A program made the position numbers and the translations under genes. A stretch of 64,000 nt of DNA from Salinivirgaceae bacterium (GTDB taxonomy: Bacteria; Bacteroidota; Bacteroidia; Bacteroidales; SZUA-534), in NCBI GenBank assembly GCA_017617355.1, contig JAFZWI010000036.1, forward strand, positions 1,082-65,081, read 5' to 3'. The notes beneath the pieces are model-generated. The model searched no databases. It was given only the letters and a program-made list of their open reading frames with translations, and was not told the origin of the DNA. This document shows, one piece after another, positions 28,523-37,209 of this stretch (within the stretch, counting starts at the first letter, position 1; every line of letters begins with the position of its first letter).

Positions 28523-29926
28523 ATGAAAAAGACTTTACTAAATTCTATGCTGGCTGCTGCCGTATTGTTCGGCATGGCCAATGTTGCTAAGGCAGAGATT
28601 GATAATCCTGCTGGAGCTAGAGCTGGTCAAGTGTATCGTTGGGAAACTAACGGTGAGGACTATGAGCAATTGTGCGAGCCTGAAAATGGCGTATATGGTC
28701 TTTACACTTATAAGGAAGATTCAGATCCATGGTCTTCTCAGTTCTTCTTGGTTTTCGCTGACGCTGTAGTTCCTTCTGGTTCGACTCTTAATGTGAAATT
28801 TGACTACAAGAAGGGTGATGAAGGTGCTGTTCAATTCAACGCTCAAGGTCACGCTGACCCGCACTCTTATGTAAACAACGACGGTTGGGAAACTCTTACT
28901 TGCACCGACGAATGGCAGACTTATGAGGGTACAGTTACAACAACTGGTGAAATCCGTACTTTCGCTCTCAACTGCTCAATGGCAAAAGAAGACGGTATCC
29001 TTCTTCTCCGTAACATCAGCATTCAGCTCAACTTCGAGGATGCAATCGTAACTACTGAGACTGAAGAAGATGAGTGCGAGGATCTTGGTGACAGACCAGT
29101 TGTAGAACTTGACACTGTTTTCGTTCCTGCTCCGAAAGACCTTTTGACTGCTGACAAAGTAGGTGGTGACACCAATAATGTAGCAGACGCTATCTTCCGT
29201 GGCCGTGACAGCCGTTGGGGTGGTGCACAATTCGCTGCAACAACCGTTAAATACGGTGAGGATGACGTTTATGCTTTCTACTTGGATACCAATCTGGTGA
29301 ACGCATGGGACGCTCAATTCTTTGTAATGTTCGAGGCTGTTTCTCCATCTGCTAAAAAAGCTTTGGTTTTGAATCTTGAGTTCTCAACCAACTATAGCGC
29401 TGCTGGTGGCTTCAACGTTCACAATGGTGGCAACAAGAATGCAAAATGGGGTTTCGCAACTCCTGATTCTGCTCAGTGGACTAAATTTACCGATACAGTA
29501 TACGTATATGACGGCGTATATGGTGGTAAAGACTCTTTGTCTTGCTGGGAGTTCCACATTGGTGGCAAAGCTGTAGGTAAAGGCGAAGTCCTCATGCACA
29601 CATCTCCGTACAATGTATTCTTCAGAAATGTTGAACTCAAAGTCGATCCTGAAGGCGTAGAGCCTCCTGCACAACAACAAGGTGGCAATGAAGGTGGCAA
29701 TGAAGGTGGCAATGAGGGTTCAGCCGTTCTCGAGGCTGCTGCTGTTAACGCATTCGTAGCTGGTGACGTTCTTTACGCTTCTGAGGCTGCCGATGTTGTT
29801 ATCTACAACATCAGTGGTGTAGCTGTTAAGGCTGCTAAGAAGGTTACTTCTCTTAGCGTAGCTGACCTGAAGTCTGGTCTGTACATTGCTAAGGTTGGTA
29901 ACAAGGCTATCAAGTTTGTGAAATAA
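28523..29926 (+). CDS. T9SS-sorted surface protein with two CBM-like beta-sandwich modules
   Basis: Signal peptide, then two related modules (DPWSSQFFLVFADAV... and NAWDAQFFVMFEAV...). A (GGNE)3 linker precedes a type-A T9SS C-terminal domain (...VVIYNISGVAVKAAKK...LKSGLYIAKVGNKAIKFVK). Confidence 0.8.
   Translation: MKKTLLNSMLAAAVLFGMANVAKAEIDNPAGARAGQVYRWETNGEDYEQLCEPENGVYGLYTYKEDSDPWSSQFFLVFADAVVPSGSTLNVKFDYKKGDEGAVQFNAQGHADPHSYVNNDGWETLTCTDEWQTYEGTVTTTGEIRTFALNCSMAKEDGILLLRNISIQLNFEDAIVTTETEEDECEDLGDRPVVELDTVFVPAPKDLLTADKVGGDTNNVADAIFRGRDSRWGGAQFAATTVKYGEDDVYAFYLDTNLVNAWDAQFFVMFEAVSPSAKKALVLNLEFSTNYSAAGGFNVHNGGNKNAKWGFATPDSAQWTKFTDTVYVYDGVYGGKDSLSCWEFHIGGKAVGKGEVLMHTSPYNVFFRNVELKVDPEGVEPPAQQQGGNEGGNEGGNEGSAVLEAAAVNAFVAGDVLYASEAADVVIYNISGVAVKAAKKVTSLSVADLKSGLYIAKVGNKAIKFVK
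29681..29716 (+). repeat. 12-bp tandem repeat x3 (GGTGGCAATGAA/G) encoding the GGNE linker
   Basis: Two identical units followed by a third that differs by 1 nt, in frame within CDS 28523..29926. Confidence 0.95.
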
Positions 29927-29968
29927 TTAACAAGTAAATTTTAATAGTTTAACTGTTAATAACACAAC

Positions 29969-30002
29969 CGCCCCGCAGACATCGTCTGCGGGGCTTTTTT
30001 TT
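29969..30002 (+). terminator. Rho-independent terminator
   Basis: CCCCGCAGAC-ATC-GTCTGCGGGG is a perfect 10-bp stem, followed by C and a run of 8 T. It begins 43 nt after the stop of 28523..29926. Confidence 0.75.
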
Positions 30003-30301
30003 GCCTTACCCAATCTATCATTCCAACCTTTCCGTTTCTTATCTTCCTTTTCATCCCTTTTATTAGTCCTGTTCGTCTTGTATTATCTTATTACTCTTAT
30101 AAAATCTATTAGTTCTATCAAGCCCACCTCACCTCCATATTCCGCTTTTTCAAAAGGACGCTTCCAAAATCAAAATTTGCCCCCATCTTAAATTACAGTT
30201 TGTAAGCAAATAATTCTAAATATCAGTTTTTATAAATAAAATGATTAGCTTTTATAAGAAATGCTATTACATTTGCCGTCCAAAACAAAAGTTAGTGCAA
30301 A

Positions 30302-31339
30302 ATGAGCAAACTGAATATTCCTTCGGGATATAAACCGATTCTGAACCTGACACAGACAGAGTTGGGCATACAGCGGATAAAAGATTTTTTCCAGTCGAAC
30401 CTGTCGGCGGAGCTGCACTTGCGGCGTGTAACGGCACCGCTTTTTGTGCTGAAAGGCACCGGACTGAACGATGACCTGAACGGAGTTGAGCGTCCGGTAA
30501 CATTCCCGGTGAAAGACATGAACGACCAGAAGGCGGAGATTGTCCACTCGCTTGCCAAGTGGAAACGCATGATTCTTGCCGATTATGGCATCAAGCGCGG
30601 CTATGGCATCTACACCGATATGAATGCCATTCGTCCCGACGAGGAGCTCGACAACATTCACTCGCTCTATGTAGACCAGTGGGACTGGGAGATGACAATA
30701 GGCCAGGAGGACCGCACTATCGATTTTCTCCAGAAGATAGTCAAACGCATCTTCTACGCGATGCACCGCACCGAGTATCTGGTTTATGAGATGTTCCCCG
30801 ATATTGAACCGCAACTGCCGGAGCATATTCATTTTATTTATTCCGAAGACTTGTTGAAAATGTATCCTAACCTGTCGCCTAAGGAGCGCGAGGACGCAAT
30901 AGCCAAGCAGTATGGCGCAGTGTTTATTATGGGTATTGGTGGCAAGTTGGCCAACGGCGAGAAACACGACGGCCGCGCCCCCGACTACGACGACTGGACA
31001 ACACCAACCGGCGACGGACATTTCGGTTTGAATGGCGACATCCTTGTATGGGACGATGTGCTGGGACATTCGCTTGAGTTGTCATCGATGGGCGTGCGTG
31101 TTGACAAAGAGGCGCTTTTGCGGCAGCTCGACATCACCGGCGAGCAGAAACGCAAGGAACTCTATTTTCACCAGAGGCTGCTCAACGGCACATTACCGCT
31201 CTCAATTGGTGGTGGCATAGGCCAGTCAAGGTTGTGCATGTTCATGCTTCGCAAAGCCCATATAGGCGAGATTCAAGCCAGTCTTTGGCCGGAAGATATG
31301 CGTCAGGCATGCGCTAAAAACAATATCTTCTTGATATAG
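30302..31339 (+). CDS. asnA: Aspartate--ammonia ligase
   Basis: 345 aa. The protein is AsnA-like throughout (class II aaRS-like fold) and ends in the SIGGGIGQSRLCMFML motif. Confidence 0.92.
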   Translation: MSKLNIPSGYKPILNLTQTELGIQRIKDFFQSNLSAELHLRRVTAPLFVLKGTGLNDDLNGVERPVTFPVKDMNDQKAEIVHSLAKWKRMILADYGIKRGYGIYTDMNAIRPDEELDNIHSLYVDQWDWEMTIGQEDRTIDFLQKIVKRIFYAMHRTEYLVYEMFPDIEPQLPEHIHFIYSEDLLKMYPNLSPKEREDAIAKQYGAVFIMGIGGKLANGEKHDGRAPDYDDWTTPTGDGHFGLNGDILVWDDVLGHSLELSSMGVRVDKEALLRQLDITGEQKRKELYFHQRLLNGTLPLSIGGGIGQSRLCMFMLRKAHIGEIQASLWPEDMRQACAKNNIFLI

Positions 31340-31365
31340 AAATTGTTGAATATAGGAAAATGATA

Positions 31366-31400
31366 AGAGGGGAGATGCGTAATCTTCCCTTTTTTTGTTT
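31366..31400 (+). terminator. Probable terminator after asnA
   Basis: GGGGAGAT-GCGTA-ATCTTCCC (one mismatch), followed by TTTTTTTGTTTT. Confidence 0.45.
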
Positions 31401-31560
31401 TACGAAAACACTAACGATAACGATGACTATAACGATAACACTGACACTAACGAAAACGTAAACCGAAAACTTAAACGTAAACAAAAAACCTAAACCACTT
31501 ATGCCTTATGTCTTTTGCCTTTTTGCCTATAACCTTTATTCATTAATCATTACTCATTAC
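31401..31560. repeat. Modular low-complexity intergenic element (ACG/TAA short-period module plus CTTATGCC module)
   Basis: 31401-31482 is homologous in inverted orientation to 50532-50590. 31470-31545 is homologous in direct orientation to 54410-54470 (shared ...AAACTTAAA...CCTAAACC...CCACTTATGCCTT(A/G)TG...). The tract is G-poor on the + strand. Confidence 0.7.
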
Positions 31561-31649
31561 ACTTTCCCCCATTCAGTCAGGCACTTCGTATTATTTATTG
31601 TTTTGGAATAATAAAAATCCCTATTTTTATATTTTAAAACGAAAAAAAT

Positions 31650-34133
31650 ATGATTAAACATCTGATAACTCTTTGCGCTTTGGCATTGACATTCAGTCAG
31701 GCTGTGTGGGCGCAGGAAAATCCCAAAATCAAGAAGAAAACCTTCTTCATAACCGAGATGGGTAAAGACGATGCGAAAAAGAACCTGTCGAAAGGTGAGC
31801 ATTTCTATCGGAAAGGCGAAGGCCTTTACGACGAGGCTTTGAAATACTACCTTAAGGCACACAAATACAATAACCGCGACGCTGCCTTGAACTACAAAAT
31901 AGCTATTTGCTATCTGTACAGCAACGACAAGGAGCTGGCGCTTGACTACATCATGCAGAGCGACCCGTCGGTGGCAGATGACTACTACTACATTGAGGGC
32001 GTGGCGCATCAGTATAACAACCAGTTCGACGAGGCCGTGAAGGCTTACAACACCTATCTGAGCACTTGCTCAAAGATAGCTCGCATAAACGCTAAGGGCC
32101 GCATTGCGCAGAAGGTGCGTGAGTGCGAACTCGGCAAACAGATGGTGAAAGACACTGTGTCGGTGTTTATTACCAATCTAGGCCCGATAATCAACACCTA
32201 TTATGATGACTATAACGCTATCTTCAATAATGCCGATTCGCTGCTTTATTTTACATCACGACGGCCGAAAGAGGAGCCGCGCAAACGTGTGTCGAGGTTT
32301 AAGTTTGCGGAGAACATCTGGACTGGCAGCTACGATGCGGAAGCCGACGAGCCATGCGACAAGGTTTGGATGCCGAAGGGAATTAAAAGCCGCAAGAACA
32401 TCAGCCTGACTTGCATCCGCAACGACCAGATTTACTTCTACAAAGGCAAGCGCGGCAATGGCACAATATACATTGCTACGCGCAAAGAGGCTGGCAAAGG
32501 CTGGGGCAAGTTCCGCCAGGCCAAGGGCGGCTTCAACCATGTGGCTTACAAGGAGAGCGTGGTCAGCATCGATGACGCAAACAATATCTATTATGTTACC
32601 AATCATCGCGGAGGCGAGGGCGGCAACGACATCTGGATGGCTCAGCACAAAAAGAAAAACCGTTGGAAGAAGCCGGTTAATCTGGGGCCTGTTATCAATA
32701 CTCCGTTCGACGAGGAGTGTGTGTCAGTCTCGCCCGACGGTCAGACGATGTATTTCTCATCGAACGGACATCCGGGCATGGGCGGCTTCGATGTATATAA
32801 ATCGACAAAAGACGCTGGCGGAAACTGGAGCAAGCCTGAGAATCTGGGTTTCCCAATCAACAGCCCGGCCAACGAGTTGTTCTACCAGCCAACATCTGAC
32901 ACTAACACGGCATTCTATTCCACCATGCGTAAAGGCGGCTATGGAGGTCTCGATATCTATTCAATTGTCAACGATTTACGCCAACCGTTCTTCTACAAGT
33001 GTCTCGCTATTGAGGCCGACGACATGCAGCCTCTCGACATTTCGGTGTCGATTACAAACGAGTACGGTTCGACAATAAAGTCGGGTGAGGCCATTGGCAA
33101 TACCAAGCCGTTCAGTTGCCGATTTGAGGATGCGGGGCTTTACATTGTCAATGTCAACCACGAAGGCTACAAACCGGTTACCGATACCATAAAATGCGCG
33201 GCCAAGAACGAATTGTCGGAAAAACTCTTCGTGCTTGAGAAGCTGCGTCATCCGTTCACCATTTCGGGAACAGTGACTGACGTCGACAAGCAGACTCCGC
33301 TGGCCGCAACCATATTGTTCAAAGATCAGAGTGGCAATCTGCTGGGCAAAACCAACTCGTCGGCCATAACGGGCAATTATGTATTCTCGTTCGAGGACAA
33401 GATTGATTTCACGATAGAGGCGTCGCTTACCGATTATCATACCGCTACAGCCGAGGTTAAAGCCACGCATACATCGGCCGCTAACATTAAACAGGATCTG
33501 CAGATGAAGGTTAGCCGCATCGATTATTTTGTACGTGGCCGCATAACCGAGGAAGACGGTACCACGCCAGTCCGTGCGGCACTTGTCTTCTACGAGCGGG
33601 GTTCGAAGGAGGCCGAGACGATAGCCTTCAGCGATAGCTTGAGCGGTAACTACAACGTGCAACTGAAAACGGGTAATACCTATTTGGTTGAAATTGAGGC
33701 TAATTTGCACTTCTTTGCCAATGATGCCGTTAGTTTCCCAGCCGGCGAGACTATGGTGCTGCGCAACTATCAGCTTAAGAAAATGGACGTGGGCGCCAAG
33801 CTAGTCATCGAGAACATTCTGTTCAATACGGGTAAGAGTACGCTCAAGCCGCAGTCGTTTGCCGAGCTTGACAAGTTTGCAAACCTGTTGCTCAAAAACC
33901 CGACGGTGCAGATTGAGGTTTCCGGTCATACTGATAACGTAGGTTCGGCTTCAATCAACAAGAAACTTTCGCGCGACCGTGCGCTTACGGTTAAGAACTA
34001 TCTGATTAACAAGGGCGTTGAGGCCGAGCGCATAACTCACATGGGTTACGGTTTCGACCAGCCGATAGCTCCCAACGACACACCCGAGGGGCGCGAACAG
34101 AACCGTCGTGTCGAAATTAAAGTGCTGAAATAA
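31650..34133 (+). CDS. PorE-like (PG1058-type) multidomain protein: TPR + beta-propeller + CRD-like beta-sandwiches + OmpA_C peptidoglycan-binding domain
   Basis: Signal peptide, TPR segment (YRKGEGLYDEALKYYLKA...), PD40 repeats (SPDGQTMYFSSNG, GGFDVYKS, GGLDIYSI) and CRD-like segments (ISGTVTDVDKQTPL...). The OmpA_C end reads NILFNTGKSTLKP...VSGHTDNVGS...NKKLSRDRA...NRRVEIKVLK. This domain order is the one published for P. gingivalis PG1058/PorE. Confidence 0.8.
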   Translation: MIKHLITLCALALTFSQAVWAQENPKIKKKTFFITEMGKDDAKKNLSKGEHFYRKGEGLYDEALKYYLKAHKYNNRDAALNYKIAICYLYSNDKELALDYIMQSDPSVADDYYYIEGVAHQYNNQFDEAVKAYNTYLSTCSKIARINAKGRIAQKVRECELGKQMVKDTVSVFITNLGPIINTYYDDYNAIFNNADSLLYFTSRRPKEEPRKRVSRFKFAENIWTGSYDAEADEPCDKVWMPKGIKSRKNISLTCIRNDQIYFYKGKRGNGTIYIATRKEAGKGWGKFRQAKGGFNHVAYKESVVSIDDANNIYYVTNHRGGEGGNDIWMAQHKKKNRWKKPVNLGPVINTPFDEECVSVSPDGQTMYFSSNGHPGMGGFDVYKSTKDAGGNWSKPENLGFPINSPANELFYQPTSDTNTAFYSTMRKGGYGGLDIYSIVNDLRQPFFYKCLAIEADDMQPLDISVSITNEYGSTIKSGEAIGNTKPFSCRFEDAGLYIVNVNHEGYKPVTDTIKCAAKNELSEKLFVLEKLRHPFTISGTVTDVDKQTPLAATILFKDQSGNLLGKTNSSAITGNYVFSFEDKIDFTIEASLTDYHTATAEVKATHTSAANIKQDLQMKVSRIDYFVRGRITEEDGTTPVRAALVFYERGSKEAETIAFSDSLSGNYNVQLKTGNTYLVEIEANLHFFANDAVSFPAGETMVLRNYQLKKMDVGAKLVIENILFNTGKSTLKPQSFAELDKFANLLLKNPTVQIEVSGHTDNVGSASINKKLSRDRALTVKNYLINKGVEAERITHMGYGFDQPIAPNDTPEGREQNRRVEIKVLK

Positions 34134-34145
34134 AACCATTTTGAT

Positions 34146-35753
34146 ATGAAAAAGATAAGAACGATATCATTGCTCATTGCCGGTGCGCTAACTATGGCCG
34201 CCTGCATGAAAGACGAGATAAAGGTTGAGGATACAACCTACAACCGCTCGCTCAATTTTGCCGCGCCTATATTTACCGCCACCGCCGATTATACGACGAT
34301 TTTAAACTCGTTCTCCGACAAGTCGCAGCACGAGTCGATAATCTATGCCGATGACGAGGGGCGGCTCTACCTCGAGTACACCACCGAATATCATGTCAAA
34401 TGGAATTCGATTCTGAACATCGATACCTATAACAAACAGTACTTCACTCCGGTGCTGACAAAGGCCGGCACTAGCGTCAACCAGAGGTTTGAATTCCGTC
34501 ACAAGCTGAACTCCGACAGCACAACACGCATTGACTCGATGATTATCAGTTCGGCAACGCTGAAACTGGAAGCGAGTGCGCTGCCAATATCGGGAACGGC
34601 AATTATGACGCTTGATGAGCTGACAATAAACGGCATGGGGCTGAGTACCTCATGGGAACTGAGCGAGGGAATGAAGCAGAACATCGACCTTAGCGGATAT
34701 ATGCTCAAACCCAAACATTCAGCCGATTCTAGTTATACCAATTGCAAGATTCGGTTTGTGGGCGAGGGCACAGCCAACGCAACGAATGAGTTCAATTTCA
34801 AGATCGAGATGAGCGATGTTATACCGCAGGTGGCCTTCGGATTCTTTGGACAGAACGAAGTGTTCAACGAGGCCGGCATTCAGCATATGGGCTTCTTTAG
34901 CGAGTACAGAGTGCCGCGTGCTATAAAGATGAAAGGCATGCGCATAAATCTGAATGTCGACAACCACACCGGTACGGCGTTTAATCTGCAGATGGCCGAA
35001 ATGCGTATTGTCTGCGCCGACAACAACGAAACGATACCCGTTCATTTCCTCGACAGCAACAACATATATGTCAATCAGATATCGTATAAAGATTATCTTG
35101 TCGACGGATTGTCGAAACCAAAGAGTAACCAGTATATGCTCGACTCCACAAACTCGAATGCCGATGAGATTCTGAACTCTTCGCCGCTCGATTTTGAGTA
35201 CACGCTGAAGATTGAGTCGAACCCAGAAGGTGAGGTGCAGGAGAATTTCATCACACCCGAGACACAGCTCGACGCCACTGTCGATATTTTCATTCCGTTC
35301 TACTTCAGCGTCTACGATTTGAACCGTCGCGACACTTTCAACTTCAATTTTAACGACTTGATACTTGACAGCGACAACTCAAAGTACGTCGATAAGTTGA
35401 TTATTGCGATGAAATTCAGTAACGGATTCCCGTTCTCATTTGTTACGCAAGGCTATTTAGTCGATGAGAATTATAATGTGGTCGACTCACTATTCACTGG
35501 TCAAGAGAAGCTGTGGAAGATGCCTGAGTTCGACTCCAACCTGCGTGTGACGAAGCGGGGAGATCTGGAAACCGACATTGTGTTTGATAGTGCTAAGATT
35601 GAACGCTGCTCAAAAGGCAACCCCATATACTTGATTCTCAACACTACAGTGTCGACGCAAGACATGCCGGACAAATACTTTATGCTGTATGAGAACTACG
35701 GCTTGGACATGCGGTTAGCGATTGAGCTGGTTGGAAAATATAAATCGGAATAA
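34146..35753 (+). CDS. Orphan lipoprotein, 535 aa
   Basis: Starts 12 nt after the porE-like stop. Lipobox LTMAAC. I recognise no family. Confidence 0.75.
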   Translation: MKKIRTISLLIAGALTMAACMKDEIKVEDTTYNRSLNFAAPIFTATADYTTILNSFSDKSQHESIIYADDEGRLYLEYTTEYHVKWNSILNIDTYNKQYFTPVLTKAGTSVNQRFEFRHKLNSDSTTRIDSMIISSATLKLEASALPISGTAIMTLDELTINGMGLSTSWELSEGMKQNIDLSGYMLKPKHSADSSYTNCKIRFVGEGTANATNEFNFKIEMSDVIPQVAFGFFGQNEVFNEAGIQHMGFFSEYRVPRAIKMKGMRINLNVDNHTGTAFNLQMAEMRIVCADNNETIPVHFLDSNNIYVNQISYKDYLVDGLSKPKSNQYMLDSTNSNADEILNSSPLDFEYTLKIESNPEGEVQENFITPETQLDATVDIFIPFYFSVYDLNRRDTFNFNFNDLILDSDNSKYVDKLIIAMKFSNGFPFSFVTQGYLVDENYNVVDSLFTGQEKLWKMPEFDSNLRVTKRGDLETDIVFDSAKIERCSKGNPIYLILNTTVSTQDMPDKYFMLYENYGLDMRLAIELVGKYKSE

Positions 35754-35755
35754 TT

Positions 35756-37204
35756 ATGAGAAAGCACATTATAACAATATTGGCCGGACTTATGGCATTC
35801 ACCGCCTCAGCGCAACAGCCCCTGTCGCTTTACTATGTCGATAACGTTCCGCAGACATCGGCGCTCAATCCGGCGCGCCAACCGCGCGCCAACGGTTATT
35901 TTGCGATACCGGGCGCCAATGTCAGCTTCATGCTTGAGTCAAACATAATACTGAAGGAGTTTTTTCAGGAGAAAAACGGAGTCTGGTACACTCCGATGAA
36001 CCACGAATTTGATTACAGCAAAATATTGCGTCGTTTCAGAAATGGAGCAAGGGTGCGGCCCGAAGTTGGTGTGTCGCTGCTTAACCTTGGTTGGCGCGGC
36101 TCAAAGGGCTATTGGACCGTTGCCGTCAACGAGCGCGTGCAGTCGAACATTGCGCTGCCGTCGGCCATTTTCAACATGCTCGACAACGGACTTGCGCCCG
36201 GCACCACGCTTAATTTCGCCAATATGCGTGTCAACGCTAAAGTGTTTCATGAGATTTCAGTCGGTTACAGCTGTGAACTTACTGAGCAGCTGGCCATGGG
36301 TTGGCGCGTCAAATATCTATCGGGCATTGGCGCTATTAAGACCGATTTCAAAAAATTTGACCTTACAACCGGCCGCGACAAATGGACATTGGAGGCCAAG
36401 GGCGGCATCTATACGTCGATACCGAATCTGAAAATGCAGGAGAAGGAGAACGGCTTGGTCAATTTTGACTCAACATCGTTTGATGAGTTAAAAACCAAAG
36501 ACATTGTGAATGTGCTGATTCCGTTTGTGCACAATCCAGGCGCCGCTATCGATTTCGGTTTTAACTACACAATTGACGAGAATTTCAGTTTTTCGGCCTC
36601 TGTAACCGATTTGGGCTTCATTGCCTGGACCAACGAGCTTAACTCGATAAATGTAAATGGCGGCTATCAGTTTGAGGGACTGGAAATTAACGTTTCTGAT
36701 GCGAAAAATATCGATTATGGCGAGGCGTTTGACAATATAATTGACTCCATTGAAGCGCGCATGTCGCCAACACTGAGCAAAGATGTGTTTGCAACGGCCT
36801 TGAATCCAAATATTTACATTGGTGCGGCATACACGCCGATACATTTTTTGACTATCGGTCTGCTGTCGAAGACAACCATACTGAACAAGACGGCCACGCA
36901 GGATTTCGACCTGTCGTTAAACCTGAACCCGTACAAGTGCTTCTCGCTGATGACCGGCCTCGACTACAATGTGAAAGGCCATTTGTCGGCCAATTTTGGC
37001 TGGTCGCTTAATTTGAGCTTTTTGCAGCTCTATATGATGACTGACTACGTGCCGGTGGCTTACCGCAAAGTCAATATTGAGGGTGACGGCACTGTGCTGC
37101 CTAACAATACCGGCGATGTTAACATCTCGGTTGGCCTGAACCTGATTTTTGGTGCCAAAGGCTACCGTGATAGACCAATGATTAACGCTTATTCCGATTT
37201 CTAA
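35756..37204 (+). CDS. Orphan outer-membrane beta-barrel-like protein, 482 aa (possibly DUF5723 / PorP-SprF-like; unverified)
   Basis: Starts 2 nt after the upstream stop. Signal peptide ...FTASAQ, followed by QTSALNPA, which recalls the N-terminal NPA motif of PorP/SprF. It shows amphipathic strand periodicity and ends ...INAYSDF (aromatic terminus). Confidence 0.7.
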   Translation: MRKHIITILAGLMAFTASAQQPLSLYYVDNVPQTSALNPARQPRANGYFAIPGANVSFMLESNIILKEFFQEKNGVWYTPMNHEFDYSKILRRFRNGARVRPEVGVSLLNLGWRGSKGYWTVAVNERVQSNIALPSAIFNMLDNGLAPGTTLNFANMRVNAKVFHEISVGYSCELTEQLAMGWRVKYLSGIGAIKTDFKKFDLTTGRDKWTLEAKGGIYTSIPNLKMQEKENGLVNFDSTSFDELKTKDIVNVLIPFVHNPGAAIDFGFNYTIDENFSFSASVTDLGFIAWTNELNSINVNGGYQFEGLEINVSDAKNIDYGEAFDNIIDSIEARMSPTLSKDVFATALNPNIYIGAAYTPIHFLTIGLLSKTTILNKTATQDFDLSLNLNPYKCFSLMTGLDYNVKGHLSANFGWSLNLSFLQLYMMTDYVPVAYRKVNIEGDGTVLPNNTGDVNISVGLNLIFGAKGYRDRPMINAYSDF

Positions 37205-37209
37205 CAGAC

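Noticed and set aside
30245-31069. 274-aa minus-strand ORF
   Set aside because: It is antisense to asnA, whose product is recognisable over its full length.
31423-31461. Mini-ORF ATG ACT ATA ACG ATA ACA CTG ACA CTA ACG AAA ACG TAA = MTITITLTLTKT, resembling a Thr/Ile attenuator leader peptide
   Set aside because: No amino-acid biosynthesis operon follows it; the next gene is porE-like. I could trace no alternative terminator/antiterminator pairing. The inverted copy of the same repeat module (50532-50590) encodes a different peptide (MTKNDDDNVDTNTNVNVN). The Thr codons are therefore most simply a consequence of the ACG/ACA/ACT-rich repeat. It may be worth a second look only if Ribo-seq shows translation.
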